Shown here: one piece after another, positions 1 to 11,755 of the stretch
How the letters are laid out: every line of letters begins with the position of its first letter
Numbering within the stretch: position 1 is the stretch's first letter
Assembly: GCA_951406725.2 (NCBI GenBank)
Contig: OX597829.1
Span: forward strand, 11,842,001-11,906,000
Source of the DNA: Octopus vulgaris
Taxonomy: Eukaryota
Direction: 5' to 3'
DNA: 64,000 nucleotides
Notes under the pieces: generated by a model
The model's database searches: none
Told to the model about the DNA's origin: nothing
Seen by the model: only the letters and a program-made list of their open reading frames with translations
Position numbers and translations under genes: made by a program

Positions 1-700
1 TTTTTTAACTTTAATTTTAAACTTTAAGTTTGATTTCGAAACTTAAACTGGACTTTACCAGTAATCATCAGTTACATAATGTTATTTCCCAAGTACCATG
101 TTTAGCAATTTCTATCTCTATGTTTTATTATATACATAACTATACTTCCTTTCTACATATATTCTCTTATTACTCACCCGTATTCTTCAATTTAAATAGA
201 ATTTCAGGTATTTTAAACATTCTAGTTATTGTGTTTCTCTAAAGATAACTTGATATGCATATTCACATTAGGATTTTTCACAAAATTCTGATATATTGTT
301 TTACTGCTTTAGTGACGAATTGTTTTGATTCCTCTTGATTATATTCATTCTTTTCTTTCTTTTCATTCAATTCCGTCCCATTTCGTTTACATTATATAGA
401 CACAACTGTGAACCTTTTCTCTTCTGATAGTAATCACATGACCTTTAATCATTTCCCCATCTTTCAGTATGTTTACGCAATTTTCCTTACTAATGTATTC
501 TTAGATCTTCCCAATACTGCTGAGATTATTATTTCTTTTACCATTAGTAAAAAAACTGATTTCATTGATTTTTTGCTCCTAAAGATAAATTTCTTACTGA
601 CATGAAATTTTCTTCAATCCTACGATTATTATGAACAATTCTCGATATCGGCTGTTTCTTATTCTATATTATGAAATCATTGGCAATATTTCTTCAGATA

Positions 701-864
701 GTGAGCTGGCGGAATCGTTAGCACGCCGGGTAAAGTGCTTAGCGGCATTTCGACCATCTTTACGTTCTGAGTTCAAATTCCGCCGTGGTCAACTTTGCCT
801 TTCATCTTTTCGGAGTTGACAAAATAAGTACCAATTGATCACTGGGGTCGCTGTAATCGACTTA
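701..864 (+). mobile_element. tRNA-derived SINE (octopus OK-like), 3'-truncated
   Basis: A-box-like GAGCTGGCGGAATCG and B-box GAGTTCAAATTCC; colinear with the SINE copies at 8367-8855 (minus). Confidence 0.8.
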
Positions 865-1021
865 ATTTGAAACCAACATTTCTTCGGATGGGTCTAAAAG
901 TTAACCTATAAACCTGTCAGCTGATAAATTCAATTATTTCAAAGAACTAGATTCATGTATTCACTTTCCTTTCTTATTCACTCATATTTTATAACTAGAA
1001 ATCTTAACATACGTTGTCAAA

Positions 1022-1286
1022 TACCTGCGATTTCATTATTTACATTTGACGGATATTAGTCCTCATCTTGTTGTCTTGGGGAAATTTCAAAAAATACCTT
1101 AGGAATGAGAACCCAGGTTCAAAATTTCCCCAAGACACCTGATGAAGGCTGGAGAGTGTATCAGCCGAAACGTTGTGTTAACAACAAACAAGATGAGGAC
1201 AAATATCTGTCAATTGTAAATAATGTAAATAATGTACATAATTCCTCATCTCTTAAATATAGAACTGTATTACCTGCGATTTCATT
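1022..1286 (+). mobile_element. Short Penelope-type insertion (inverted pLTR) carrying a hammerhead ribozyme
   Basis: 16-bp direct repeat TACCTGCGATTTCATT at 1022-1037 and 1271-1286; ~40-bp inverted arms (~1034-1074 vs ~1181-1225); second copy at ~20450-20612. Confidence 0.75.
1134..1179 (+). ncRNA. Minimal type-I hammerhead ribozyme
   Basis: GACAC-CTGATGA-A-GGCTG(gagagtgtat)CAGCC-GAAA-CG-TT-GTGTT: full core, stem II, stem I GACAC/GTGTT. Confidence 0.75.
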
Positions 1287-1307
1287 TGTATTTATTCTAT
1301 TATCTTT

Positions 1308-1492
1308 TACTTATTACTCGTTTCAGTCAGTGGATCGCGACCATGCTTAAGCACCGCCTTGAAGGCTTGACTCGAACAAATCGACCCCAGTCCTTTATTT
1401 TTAAAGCCTGGTACTTGTTCTATCGGCGTCTTGCCGAGCCGCTAATTTACTGGGACATAAACAAACGAACACCTGTTGTCAAGCATTGGCAG
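1308..1492 (-). mobile_element. 3' part of OR-type octopus SINE
   Basis: Reverse complement matches the 3' half of the SINE at 42560-42945 (gcttgacaac...ggggtcgatttg...gcatgg..gactgaaac). Confidence 0.7.
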
Positions 1493-1509
1493 ACATGCGC
1501 GCGCGCACA

Positions 1510-2050
1510 TAGGTGTCTCAATATAGACCATCATGAGAATATCGCATGGCTGTAATGGTCACACTTTTGATAAATTTACGAAAAATCTCAGTCAATTAGG
1601 CCTCAAAATCACTGTTACTACTAATCTGTCTAAAGTTGATTTTTTAGATGTTTCCCTAGATTTATAAGCCATATCAAAAGCCAATACATACATAAACAGT
1701 CCTGTCAACCCCTATAGTCTTTAAAGCTTTGATAACTAACATTAGTAATAGGCTATTTGATAAGGCATCCTCCTACTATAATAATTCCCTAGCTAACAGC
1801 GACTTCAATGATAAAATATACTACAACTCTTTAAGCAAAAATATGGATCATAATTTTTTTTAACAAATCATTTAAAAAGAAGAATGACATTGGGTTATAT
1901 GTGAGCGAATTGAAGAGACGTTATGCAAACCACTTATCTTCTTTCCGACACATCAATAAAAGCAATGCAACTAAGTTGGCTAGCCACGTATGGTATTTGA
2001 AGAGTAGCTCCTCACCACATAGAATTAAGTGAAGAATAGTGGAGGGCACC
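1510..2050 (+). mobile_element. Degraded Penelope-like element (RT + GIY-YIG fragments)
   Basis: Manual translation: GLKITVTTNLSKVDFLDVSLDL (RT) and ELKRRYANHLSSFRHINKSNATKLASHVWYLK (GIY-YIG); large deletions. Confidence 0.7.
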
Positions 2051-2326
2051 ACCCTCTGGATTGAGATACTGTCCCGCAGACTTTGACAAATTTTCCGTTA
2101 TTTTGTTCTAAACCAGCTTTCTGTATTCAAGTTTTCTTGATTTCGTTTTTTTTCTCGTTCCATTTTTTTGGCATCAACCTTCTTCATATTTTTTCCACGT
2201 TTTTTTCTTATTTTTTTACTGTCCAGCATTGCATTCAAGTTTTTAATATATAATGCATAAATAGAGCCCAAAAGATTGTTTCAAGACACATGGTGCATTT
2301 TATGAGTATGACTGTCAAGTAACATA

Positions 2327-3593
2327 CGAGGGACGCTCAATAAGTAATGCCCCTGACCCATTTGCAGTTGTTTGATCTAGCTGAAATTTTGCATGTGCAA
2401 TCATTTATATCTCTATAGAGTAAGTGACAAATTACAACTCTGAATTAATTGTGGTTTCTGATTTACAGGTATTTGGAGCCTGTTGAGTGTCGAGCAGTGA
2501 TCCGGTTTTTGTATTTGAAAGGACGCACACCACGGGAGACTTTTGATGAAATGAAAGTAACTTATGGTGATGATGCCCCATCATATGACCATGTAAAAAG
2601 CTGGCATCGTGAATTCAAACATGGTCGGAACTCTGTGGAAACAGCTCCCAGATCTGGTCGTCCCCTTCTGCCATTGACGAGGCATCTGTCCGTCAAGTTG
2701 AGGCTGCCATTTTGGAAGATCGACGCATAATTATTCGCCAAATAGCCCATGAGGTCAAGATTAGTACCGGGTCTGTGGAAACTATCATTCATGACCATTT
2801 GCATATGCAAAAGGTGTCTGCCAGATGGATTCCCAGGTTACTCACGCCTTTCCAGAAGCAAGAACGCGTCGAGTGCTCGAGGGTGAATTTGAGATGTGCC
2901 AAGAAGATGAGTCAAAATTTTTCAAAAGACTGATTACACAGGATGAAACCTGGGTCCATCACGATGATCCAGAGACCAAAGCCCAGTCAATGCAGTGGAA
3001 GCACCGTGACTCACCCCCTCCAAAGAAGGCAAGGGTGCAGCCCTCCGCTGGCAAGGTCATGCTCACAGTCTTCTGGGACCAGGACGGAGTAGTGATGACA
3101 GATTTCCTGGCAAAGGGTACCACAATTACAGGAGCCTATTATGTTTCACTTTTGAGGAAATTAAGAGAAGTTATCAAAATCAAGAGGCGGGGCAAGATCA
3201 GCAAAGGCATCCTCCTCCTGCAGGACAACGCTCCGCTCCACAACTCGCTTGTCGCCAGATCAGAAGCACAGGCATATGGCTATGAACTCCTCCCCATCCC
3301 CTACTTTCCTGACCTTGCACCCTCTGATTTTCACCTCTTCCCAATCATGAAGTTGTTTTTGAAAGGAAAGCGTTTCCCAGATGATGCAGCCTTGATTTCT
3401 GAAGTCACGTTGAGGTTGGAGGACCAAGCTGGGTTCTTCTACAAAAACGGTCTCCAGAGCCGCATCAAACGATGGGAGAAATGCGTAACTCTGGGTGGTT
3501 CCTATGTAGAAAAAGACTAATAACTGTGCCAAGTTTCGTTGCTCTACTGCTATGGGAAGTGGGTCAGGGGCATTACTTATTGAACGCCCCTCG
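2327..3593 (+). mobile_element. Full-length mariner (Tc1/mariner) DNA transposon
   Basis: ~34-bp TIRs CGAGGG(A/G)CG(C/T)TCAATAAGTAATGCCCCTGACCCA at both ends; TA duplications at 2325-2326 and 3594-3595; ~1.27 kb. Confidence 0.95.
2470..3520 (+). pseudogene. Mariner DD34D transposase, two frameshifts
   Basis: ORFs 2449-2730, 2712-2933 and 2825-3520 join into one protein: HTH region, WIPRLL, TQDETW, LLQDNA, PDLAPSDFHLF. Confidence 0.92.
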
Positions 3594-3639
3594 TAAAAAC
3601 ATGAAACTATTAGTAGCTCTTTCCGTTGTGTATTTAAAT

Positions 3640-3641
3640 TG

Positions 3642-3710
<69 letters not shown>

Positions 3711-3790
3711 CATAAACACACATTCACACATACATACATGCACAAACACATGCACGCACGCACCCGCACACACACACACACATACATGTA
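3640..3790. repeat. (TA)n/(CA)n microsatellite
   Basis: Seen directly. Confidence 0.95.
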
Positions 3791-4556
3791 ATATAATAAA
3801 TGCAAACGTCAGTGTATCAGTGTGTTACACTTTTTCAACTTTATTCCAAGACGCCGTAGTCCAGCATATCATACCTTTTTTGGAATCAGGCCAACTCCGT
3901 GAGTACATTTTAAACATTCCGGGCCAAATCCGGATCCACAATCCTGAAATTTTGAATTCCCAAGTTTTCATTACTGCGATTGTTTCCGGCGATTTTTTAT
4001 GTTTTTTTTTTTTTTTTTTGCAGTGAATTTCTTGTACGATAATTTTTACACAGAAAATATTTTAAAATGTTAGCATGTGTAAATAGTGACTTCATTTAAT
4101 AACTATCGAATAATTACCTCTAAATTCCATAAATAATCGCTTAGATCCTGTTAATTGTGTGTATGTTAAGATTTGTTGGAAATTTTTTTTTTGCTGAGGG
4201 GCTAGAAGAGTTTCGGAAAATTCACATAACCTCACATTTTTCGCCTCACAACTTTCAGGAATTTTAATGAAATTTCATACAAATGCCTTTCAAACGGCAT
4301 AGAATTAACTGTCACACTGACTTTATCATATATCGTCCAAAACGAAAAGTTTTCCAGCGTTTTCTCTCTGAGAATAGCTTCATTCTCTTTCCCTATCATT
4401 CTCTATCCACTCCTTTCGTTCACTCCAGATATCTCTCTAAGTCTCTTTCTCTTTTTCCCTTCCCTCCTCTCTCCCTCCTTTATGTCTCTTTGCCGCTAAC
4501 CTTTCTCCTGCATTTAACGCAATATATTCCTCTTACCTCTCAGGAATATCAATGTC

Positions 4557-4571
4557 CTCTCTCTCTCTTTT

Positions 4572-4630
<59 letters not shown>

Positions 4631-4635
4631 GTCTA

Positions 4636-4678
<43 letters not shown>

Positions 4679-4702
4679 ATCTATCTATCTATCTATCTCT
4701 CA
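4557..4702. repeat. (TC)n/(TCTA)n microsatellite
   Basis: Seen directly. Confidence 0.95.
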
Positions 4703-4924
4703 CTCACTTACTCCTTACTCCTTATTTTTTGCCACTTTGCTTCTTACTACAACTATACTTCTGCCTAAGTTTCATTTCTCTCTTTTTACCTCTTCCTTTC
4801 AACTAAGTGTAACAGGTAACTACGTAGGTATTATAGCATATTAATATAACAATTTTTATAACTTGGAAATAAATTTGGGAATAATCGAAACAAGAGCACT
4901 CAGAGATCGCAAACCTCCGCCAAT

Positions 4925-6330
4925 GTTTCTTTATTTTGGCACTACGGCCAAACACAGAGGAGACACTACAAAGACAAACACAACACCACAGTGGGGACAA
5001 AAACATAAAACGAATGAAAATGAGATGTTATATAAAAATGATAAATGAAATGGTTGCATGGGCCCTACTCACATGCAGCATCATTTGAATGTTTATATAA
5101 ACTATTTACAATTGTTCTATTATCTTACTGTTTTTTCTTAATCTCGTTTTTCCCTCTTTTTTTTAATGAAACAATTTTACTTTTTTCCTTCTTTCTTCAA
5201 TAAAACAATTTTACTTACTTTTTTCCTTTTTAATATTTCATGAAAGGTTCTAAATCTTTTAGCTCCACTACTGGTGGCAATTCATCAAACTCCACCATCA
5301 CTCCTTCTTTCTTCTTTTTCTGCCGCTCCGGTGAAGAGTTCACTCTCCCACTTCTTTTTTTAAAACACCGTGAACTCCGTTGCTTTCTCCTTTATCTCGA
5401 CCTGTACCACCTGGTCCGTGCTCTCCTGCCTCTCCGTCTACTCTATCTGTTGTTCCCTCTGGGGGCACCTCGCTTTCATGTGGCCCTTTTCCCCACATGT
5501 ATAATATATAGGCGGCCTGCCCTCCACCACTACTCTCAATCTTACGTCATCGGGCGGCACTATCCCTTCGACAATTCTGTCTAGGTCTTCCATTGTTGCT
5601 TGAACGGTTAACTCATTTCCATATCCCCAGTTGTTTATTCCTTGGGGTCTTGTGGCCTTCATTCAGTATCTTGGCCTCCTCATTCATGTCATATATTATG
5701 GCTGTCATCAGACATGCTTCTTTCAGCTCTGGGGTCACTTTGCCAACTCGCACCCTGGCCACACGTTTTCCACAGTACGATGGCAAAAGTACCTTCTTCA
5801 GATCTTATTGCCTCCGTGGAGTGCCTCCGTGGAGTGCTTAATTGCTTACTCTACAGTAGCATACTTTGTCCCTCTTGTTATAAATGTGGTTAGTCTTATA
5901 TTCTTAAAACATTCTTCAATAGCCTCTATTGTCGCTATTTCTATTTTCCTTGTTGCTATATTCATTGTCTTATACATCACCGTTTTTATTTTTCATTATG
6001 TTGGTTGCTAGTTCCACAGGCGGCGTTAATTTCAGTGTGTTCCTGTCTCTTTCCAGCAACTTCTCGCTTTCTTTCATTTTTCGAGGTTCAAACTTTATTT
6101 CTCGTACCTCCAGTGTTTCCACGTCTATCCCTTTTCCGTTTGCAGCCGCATAACTGTGGCCACCTGCTGGCCTTTTTCTCACAATGGGATAAGACAACAA
6201 TTCAAAATAACACTAGCAACAATTTGAACAGTAACAATCAATCAAACAAATATTTAACACTATGACTTAATCTAACAAGACAAAAAACAACTCAAACCGC
6301 CTGTGAGACAAACCTCCGCCGAGGCAACGC
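4925..6330 (-). mobile_element. ORF1-only (HAL1-like) Tx1/L1-related retroelement, decayed
   Basis: Gag-like ORF1 fragments (5970-6200, 5438-5662 with zinc knuckle YTCGEKGHMKARC); ORF1 ends at ~5230, ~300 bp before a LINE-type tail ...ctcctctgtgtttggcc...aataaagaaa; no ORF2. Confidence 0.65.
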
Positions 6331-6339
6331 CAACATCCT

Positions 6340-8110
6340 GATTTCTTTTTTTAGGCATAAGGCCTCTTATAAAAATGGGACAAAGACAGACAAAACAATA
6401 CAGAGAGGTACACAAAACATATAACGGATGAAATTATGAATAATTGATAAATGAGAGGAAATGGTTTACCTTTCCCCACAAAGCAGGCAGTTCCATTTTA
6501 CTGTTTTTGTATCACACGGTTCATTTTTTTTTTCTCCATCATTTTTTTTAAAAAGTTCTTATTTTTAAATTTTAAATACCTCACTTTCCTTTATATTACA
6601 CATTCCACTTAGTCCTTAAATGCCTCCACCGGTGGCAACTCATTGAATCGAAACTGTAACGGTGATATTTCTATCATTTCCCCGAATAGTTCCTCTAATT
6701 TTTCACTTTCACCTTTAATTTTTCACCTTACAAGCAAGACTGCTTTAAATCCTTCATTGCACGCTTTAGGCACTAACTTCACCCTAATTACATTTTACAT
6801 TTTCGTGATCTTTTTTTTTTTTTTCTTTTTCAATTTCTACATTTTTTCTGTACTGTATCACAGTTCTTACTTGTTTTCCCTTCAATGTTACTTTCTGATT
6901 TCCATCACTAATCTCTTCTGCTGTTGCTGATTGTTGTTATGGTGATTAGGTGATGGTCTAGGGCTTAGGGGCGGGAGACCCCAGACCTTGGAAAAAAAAA
7001 CTTTGGTCGTCTTGTTGTAGTTGAGGGCTCTTCGTTGACGCCCGACACCACTGGGAGGTAGCCCTCGAAGTCGCTGGAAATGGAGATCTCTAGGTCCAAA
7101 TTCTTGAACGGCTAATGTTGCTGATATTTCCATGTCTTCCTTCTCTTCTTGTCCTTTTACTTTCTCCTCCGTGCTAATTGCCGCTGTCGCTCTCAGTTTT
7201 CTCTTTTCGTGTTTCTCGCTTAATTTTACCGACATCTCGTTTCTTTTCTGCTCGTTCGTTTTTCCCCCTTTTGGTAACCCTTGTCTCTCCTCAACACATC
7301 CTTTTCTTTTCTTCATGGAACTCTTTGGTGGTGAGTCCGTGTTTTCTTGTCTTTTCTTCCTCTTCACCACTGTGTATCTTTCTTCCATATTTTCCACTGG
7401 CCTCTGCTCCTCTATGCCTTGCACGTCCACCTCTTCTTGCTGTTCCATCTCCGTCACCTTCTCTTCGTGTTTCCGGGGACGCTTAGCTTTCATGTGTCCC
7501 CGTACTCCACATTAATAGCATACGGGTGGTGTTCCTTCCACTACCATTCTCAACCGCGTCTTGGCCGGCAACACCAATACCTCTGCAATTTTGTGGAGGT
7601 CTGGTAAACTGATGTGAACCGACACCTCCACTCCGTATCCCTTGCAGTTCACCGCCGTAGTTCTTGTAATTTTCAGTGTTTTGATGGTGTCTTCCTCTGT
7701 ATTATAGAAGATGGCTGCCACCAGCCACGTCTCGTCAATTTCTGGGAGCACTCTACTAATCCTTACTCTGGCCGCACGTTTTCCACAGTAGTTTGGTAGT
7801 AGTACCCACTCAGTTGATCTCAAAAGTACAGTGGAGTGTTTTATCGCTTCTTCTTCACTCACGAAGCGTACTGCCATTGTGCCGTATTTCTTTCCTCTGG
7901 TGTAGTACGTCGTTAAATCATTGACATCTCTCAAGTATTCTTCGACTGCCTCCACTGCTGCTATTTCCACTCTTTTTGTTGCAACAGATAGCGTTCTATA
8001 TATTATTGTCTTTCTCTCTGTTTTTTCAATAACTTCCATAGGCGGCGTCAATCTCAGGCTGTCTCCCTCCTTTCTCAACAGTTCGTTGTAAGACAATTTT
8101 TTCTAGTTTG
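6340..8110 (-). mobile_element. Second ORF1-only Tx1/L1-related retroelement, decayed
   Basis: ORFs 7512-8096 and 6888-7493 (RGKKYGT..VRF, LLPNYCGKR, VEGTPPVCY*CGVRGHMKA); ORF1 C-terminus at ~6610 followed by short UTR and LINE-like tail. Confidence 0.65.
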
Positions 8111-8296
8111 TTGCACACACGCATTTTTGCTAGTACATACGCGGTGAAGCTATACATTAGCGTCGTATTATTACGTTCGCTATTTCCAGTAAATAGCGGT
8201 ACTTCGTTGTGCCATATATTTACTTTTTTGTATATTTTTCCCTCACGGGCTATTCTTTACTGGAAAGCAATACTCTAGTATTGCATTACTAATTTA

Positions 8297-8366
<70 letters not shown>

Positions 8367-8369
<3 letters not shown>

Positions 8370-8573
8370 CTAAACACAGAGGGGACAAACAAGGACAGAC
8401 AAACGGATTAAGTCGATTATATCGACCCCAGTGCGTAACTGGTACTTATTTAATCGACCCCGAAAGGATGAAAGGTAAAGTCGACCTCGGCGGAATTTGA
8501 ACTCGGAACGTAACGACAAACGAAATACGGTTACGCATTTCGCCCGGGGTGCTAACGTTTCTGCGAGCTCGCC

Positions 8574-8575
<2 letters not shown>
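8367..8575 (-). mobile_element. tRNA-derived SINE (OK-like), copy 1 of a tandem duplication
   Basis: RC: GGCGAGCTCGCAGAAACG...GAGTTCAAATTCC...; tail TTGTCCCCTCTGTGTTTAGCCC; embedded in (TA)n/(TC)n. Confidence 0.85.
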
Positions 8576-8646
<71 letters not shown>

Positions 8647-8649
<3 letters not shown>

Positions 8650-8854
8650 CTAAACACAGAGGGGACAAACAAGGACAGACAAACGGATTAAGTCGATTAT
8701 ATCGACCCCAGTGCGTAACTGGTACTTATTTAATCGACCCCGAAAGGATGAAAGGTAAAGTCGACCTCGGCGGAATTTGAACTCGGAACGTAACGACAAA
8801 CGAAATACGGTTACGCATTTCGCCCGGGGTGCTAACGTTTCTGCGAGCTCGCCG

Positions 8855-8855
<1 letters not shown>
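8647..8855 (-). mobile_element. tRNA-derived SINE (OK-like), copy 2
   Basis: Appears base-identical to 8367-8575; 280-bp offset. Confidence 0.85.
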
Positions 8856-8912
<57 letters not shown>

Positions 8913-9818
8913 TGTCTGTCTAGCTATATATATATTAGGTACGTACACATATGTTTATATATATACATATGTTTTATTTATTAATATATTATATGACGAA
9001 ACACACGCATCCCTTTTTAAGTAAGATTGTTCTTGATATTAAGTTTTGTTCTTAATATTAACTTTGATGCGCACTCTTAACCTTTCTGTCCCATCCCTTT
9101 CTCAGCCTTCATTCTTTGATTTCCTTTTCCTCTACTTAACTTGTCTCTCCCTCTCTCTCATTCTTCACTCTCTCTCTCCCCCTCTCTCATTCTTCATGGT
9201 TTCCTCACAACCATTCCCCTTCTTCTCTCCCTTTCTCTTGCTCATCCTCCTCCCTCCCGTCGTTGACCCGCGACGAGACTTCCGCTACTGTCTTTCTAGC
9301 CTAACCCTCTCGAGGTGTGGACGGCAATTCTTTTTGCTTCGTTCGTCGTTCACAAAAAAATCCGCGTTCGTAATACTTTTTTTCGTTCGGCGTTAACAGC
9401 CCTTCTTATCTTGTTTTTCCTTGTCCTGTCTTTTACTGTTTATAATTTGTACTGTCGTTACTGTCCTGTTTTTGTTACCATTTTTTACCCCTCTGCGAAA
9501 AGATCTCAAAATTTTAATTGATTTGCTTTTCGCAGGAAGGAAAGTTTCTTGTCGAAGATACGTCTCGCTTTCACCTTCGAAACGTAGAGTAGATGAAACC
9601 ATAGCGACTGAAGAAGGGTTTTTTCTTTGTGTTAATTGTCCTGTACTCTATTTTTTTTTGTTGTTTAAAAAATGTCCAGTTCCTCGGGTTTGTGTTTATG
9701 TTTTCGTTTCTCATTGTGTTCGACGTCTTTTTGGTGTCCTGTACTCATATATGCGTGTATATGTACATGTAGAGGTAGGTACGTACATATATGTTTATAT
9801 ATATGCATATGTTTTATT

Positions 9819-9822
<4 letters not shown>

Positions 9823-9866
<44 letters not shown>

Positions 9867-9911
9867 CTAGACAGACAGACAGACAGACAGATAGACAGAC
9901 AGACAGATAGG

Positions 9912-10000
<89 letters not shown>
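9823..10000. repeat. (TA)n/(GACA)n/(GATA)n microsatellite
   Basis: Seen directly. Confidence 0.95.
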
Positions 10001-10001
<1 letters not shown>

Positions 10002-10354
10002 TGAATAAAGCACGTTTCGAACCTGAATGAAATCTAGATGTAGATGAGCATTTATTTAAAGGACACAATTTCATGTATTTAAGTGTTACTAATAGTTTCA
10101 TACATTGAGAAAACTCAAACATACTCTTCAGGCGCAAACCACATATCAGTTCGTTGTATGAAGAATATGTTTGAGTTTTCTCAGCATATGAAACTATTAG
10201 TATTGCTTTAATATAAGTATTGTGACCTTTAAATAAATAATATTTATCTCTCACCAGATGGAATACTTTTTTTGTTGAACTTTCTATCACGGAACAGTAT
10301 ATTGTATATATATATATAATAGAGGTTATAATAGCCTCATAAAGGGATAGTATC

Positions 10355-10427
<73 letters not shown>

Positions 10428-10434
10428 GGTTTAT

Positions 10435-10650
10435 GAATTTGTGTTGCAAGACTCCTGATGCGAAACCGTATGTCGAAACAGATTTTGTTATATTTCGGGA
10501 TGGTCTTCTTTTTTACATTTTTTTTTGCCAAATAAACACACGCACTACATATTCGTTCTTCATTCGTTTATTACTGCTCTTATTTTATCTTATATCCATT
10601 GTCCGGAAATCTTTTGTCACACATCTGTGACCTTTTCAGCGACCCTTTCT
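10435..10650 (-). mobile_element. PLE pLTR-like repeat with decayed hammerhead; same family as 34062-34378
   Basis: Shares gaaacagat..tgtt..attt..g..ggtc..aataaacacacgcactac(a)tat and, on minus, GGTCG-CTGAAAA-G-GTCAC..GTGAC-AAAA-GATTTC-CGGAC. Confidence 0.55.
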
Positions 10651-10869
10651 GTCCACGTGTGTCCTCCTGCTCCGCTTAATCCCCGCTCGGTTATATTTTT
10701 GACGGAGGTGTACAGTAAGCATCCATCCACTTTTTTCTTATTACTATTTTTTACAGATTTCGACGTTCTCGGCAACGGAGTTTCCGATCTCGGCATTTTT
10801 AAAATTCAGTTTTGATCATGACGATGATGATGATAAAAGAGGTTGAGTCTGTAATTTATTACTAGTCAC

Positions 10870-10997
10870 AGTTTTGGAGCTGGTGATAGTGATAATGATG
10901 ATGGTGGTGGTGGTGCTTGTGGTGACGATGGTGGTGACGGTGGTGGTGAGGATGGTGGTAGTGACGACGGTGGTGGTGGTAGTGGTGGTGACGATGA
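10870..10997. repeat. (GGT/GAT)n trinucleotide repeat
   Basis: Seen directly. Confidence 0.9.
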
Positions 10998-11670
10998 ATG
11001 TTTTTGTAAAACACATTTGAAGTTAATGCTTCCCTTTTTTATGTTAGAATTCAGGAAATATGTACATTTGGTAGGAAAATCTCTTGTGTTCTGTTATTTT
11101 ATTCTACTTATTTATTTTCAATTAAATATATTTTTGTATGTTTAAAAATTGGAATTTTGGAAAACAAGTTTTTCGCGACCGCTATTGCGATTTTTGTTTA
11201 CGTATAATTTTTTTTTTAATTTAAGAAATTTGGCTACTATTTCTAGTATGTGGAGAGACATTCTAGATAGATCGATAGATAGACTGCATGTATTGCCTGA
11301 AAATCACCTACACATGCGCAAATGTGTGAATGAGTTTAAAAACATGCAGATATTAGTATGGATGTGAGGGGGTAGGAGGGGTATCAATTTTTTTTTCTTT
11401 TAAATTAAATTTTAGTAAGAAACATTTTTCAGAATCATAATGTCCGTGTTTTTCTACCTGGAATCCAAAAATTATTTTCGCAAAGCAGTGGTGGGGGAAA
11501 TGTGTTTGGAAGGGAAGGGATTTCAATGCTGATTTTTTGTCAGAATCGAAAACTCCGTAAACAAAAACGTCGTAACCTGATAAAAAATTTTAAAAGGAGG
11601 TGGGACACCAAAAATATGACCGAGGGGTTTTGTCCGCTTTCGCACTTTAACCTAGGGGTTTTTATCCGGA

Positions 11671-11755
<85 letters not shown>

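Noticed and set aside
1-690. Possible decayed coding sequence on the minus strand
   Set aside because: Purine-rich minus strand hints at an old element, but I could not identify any motif.
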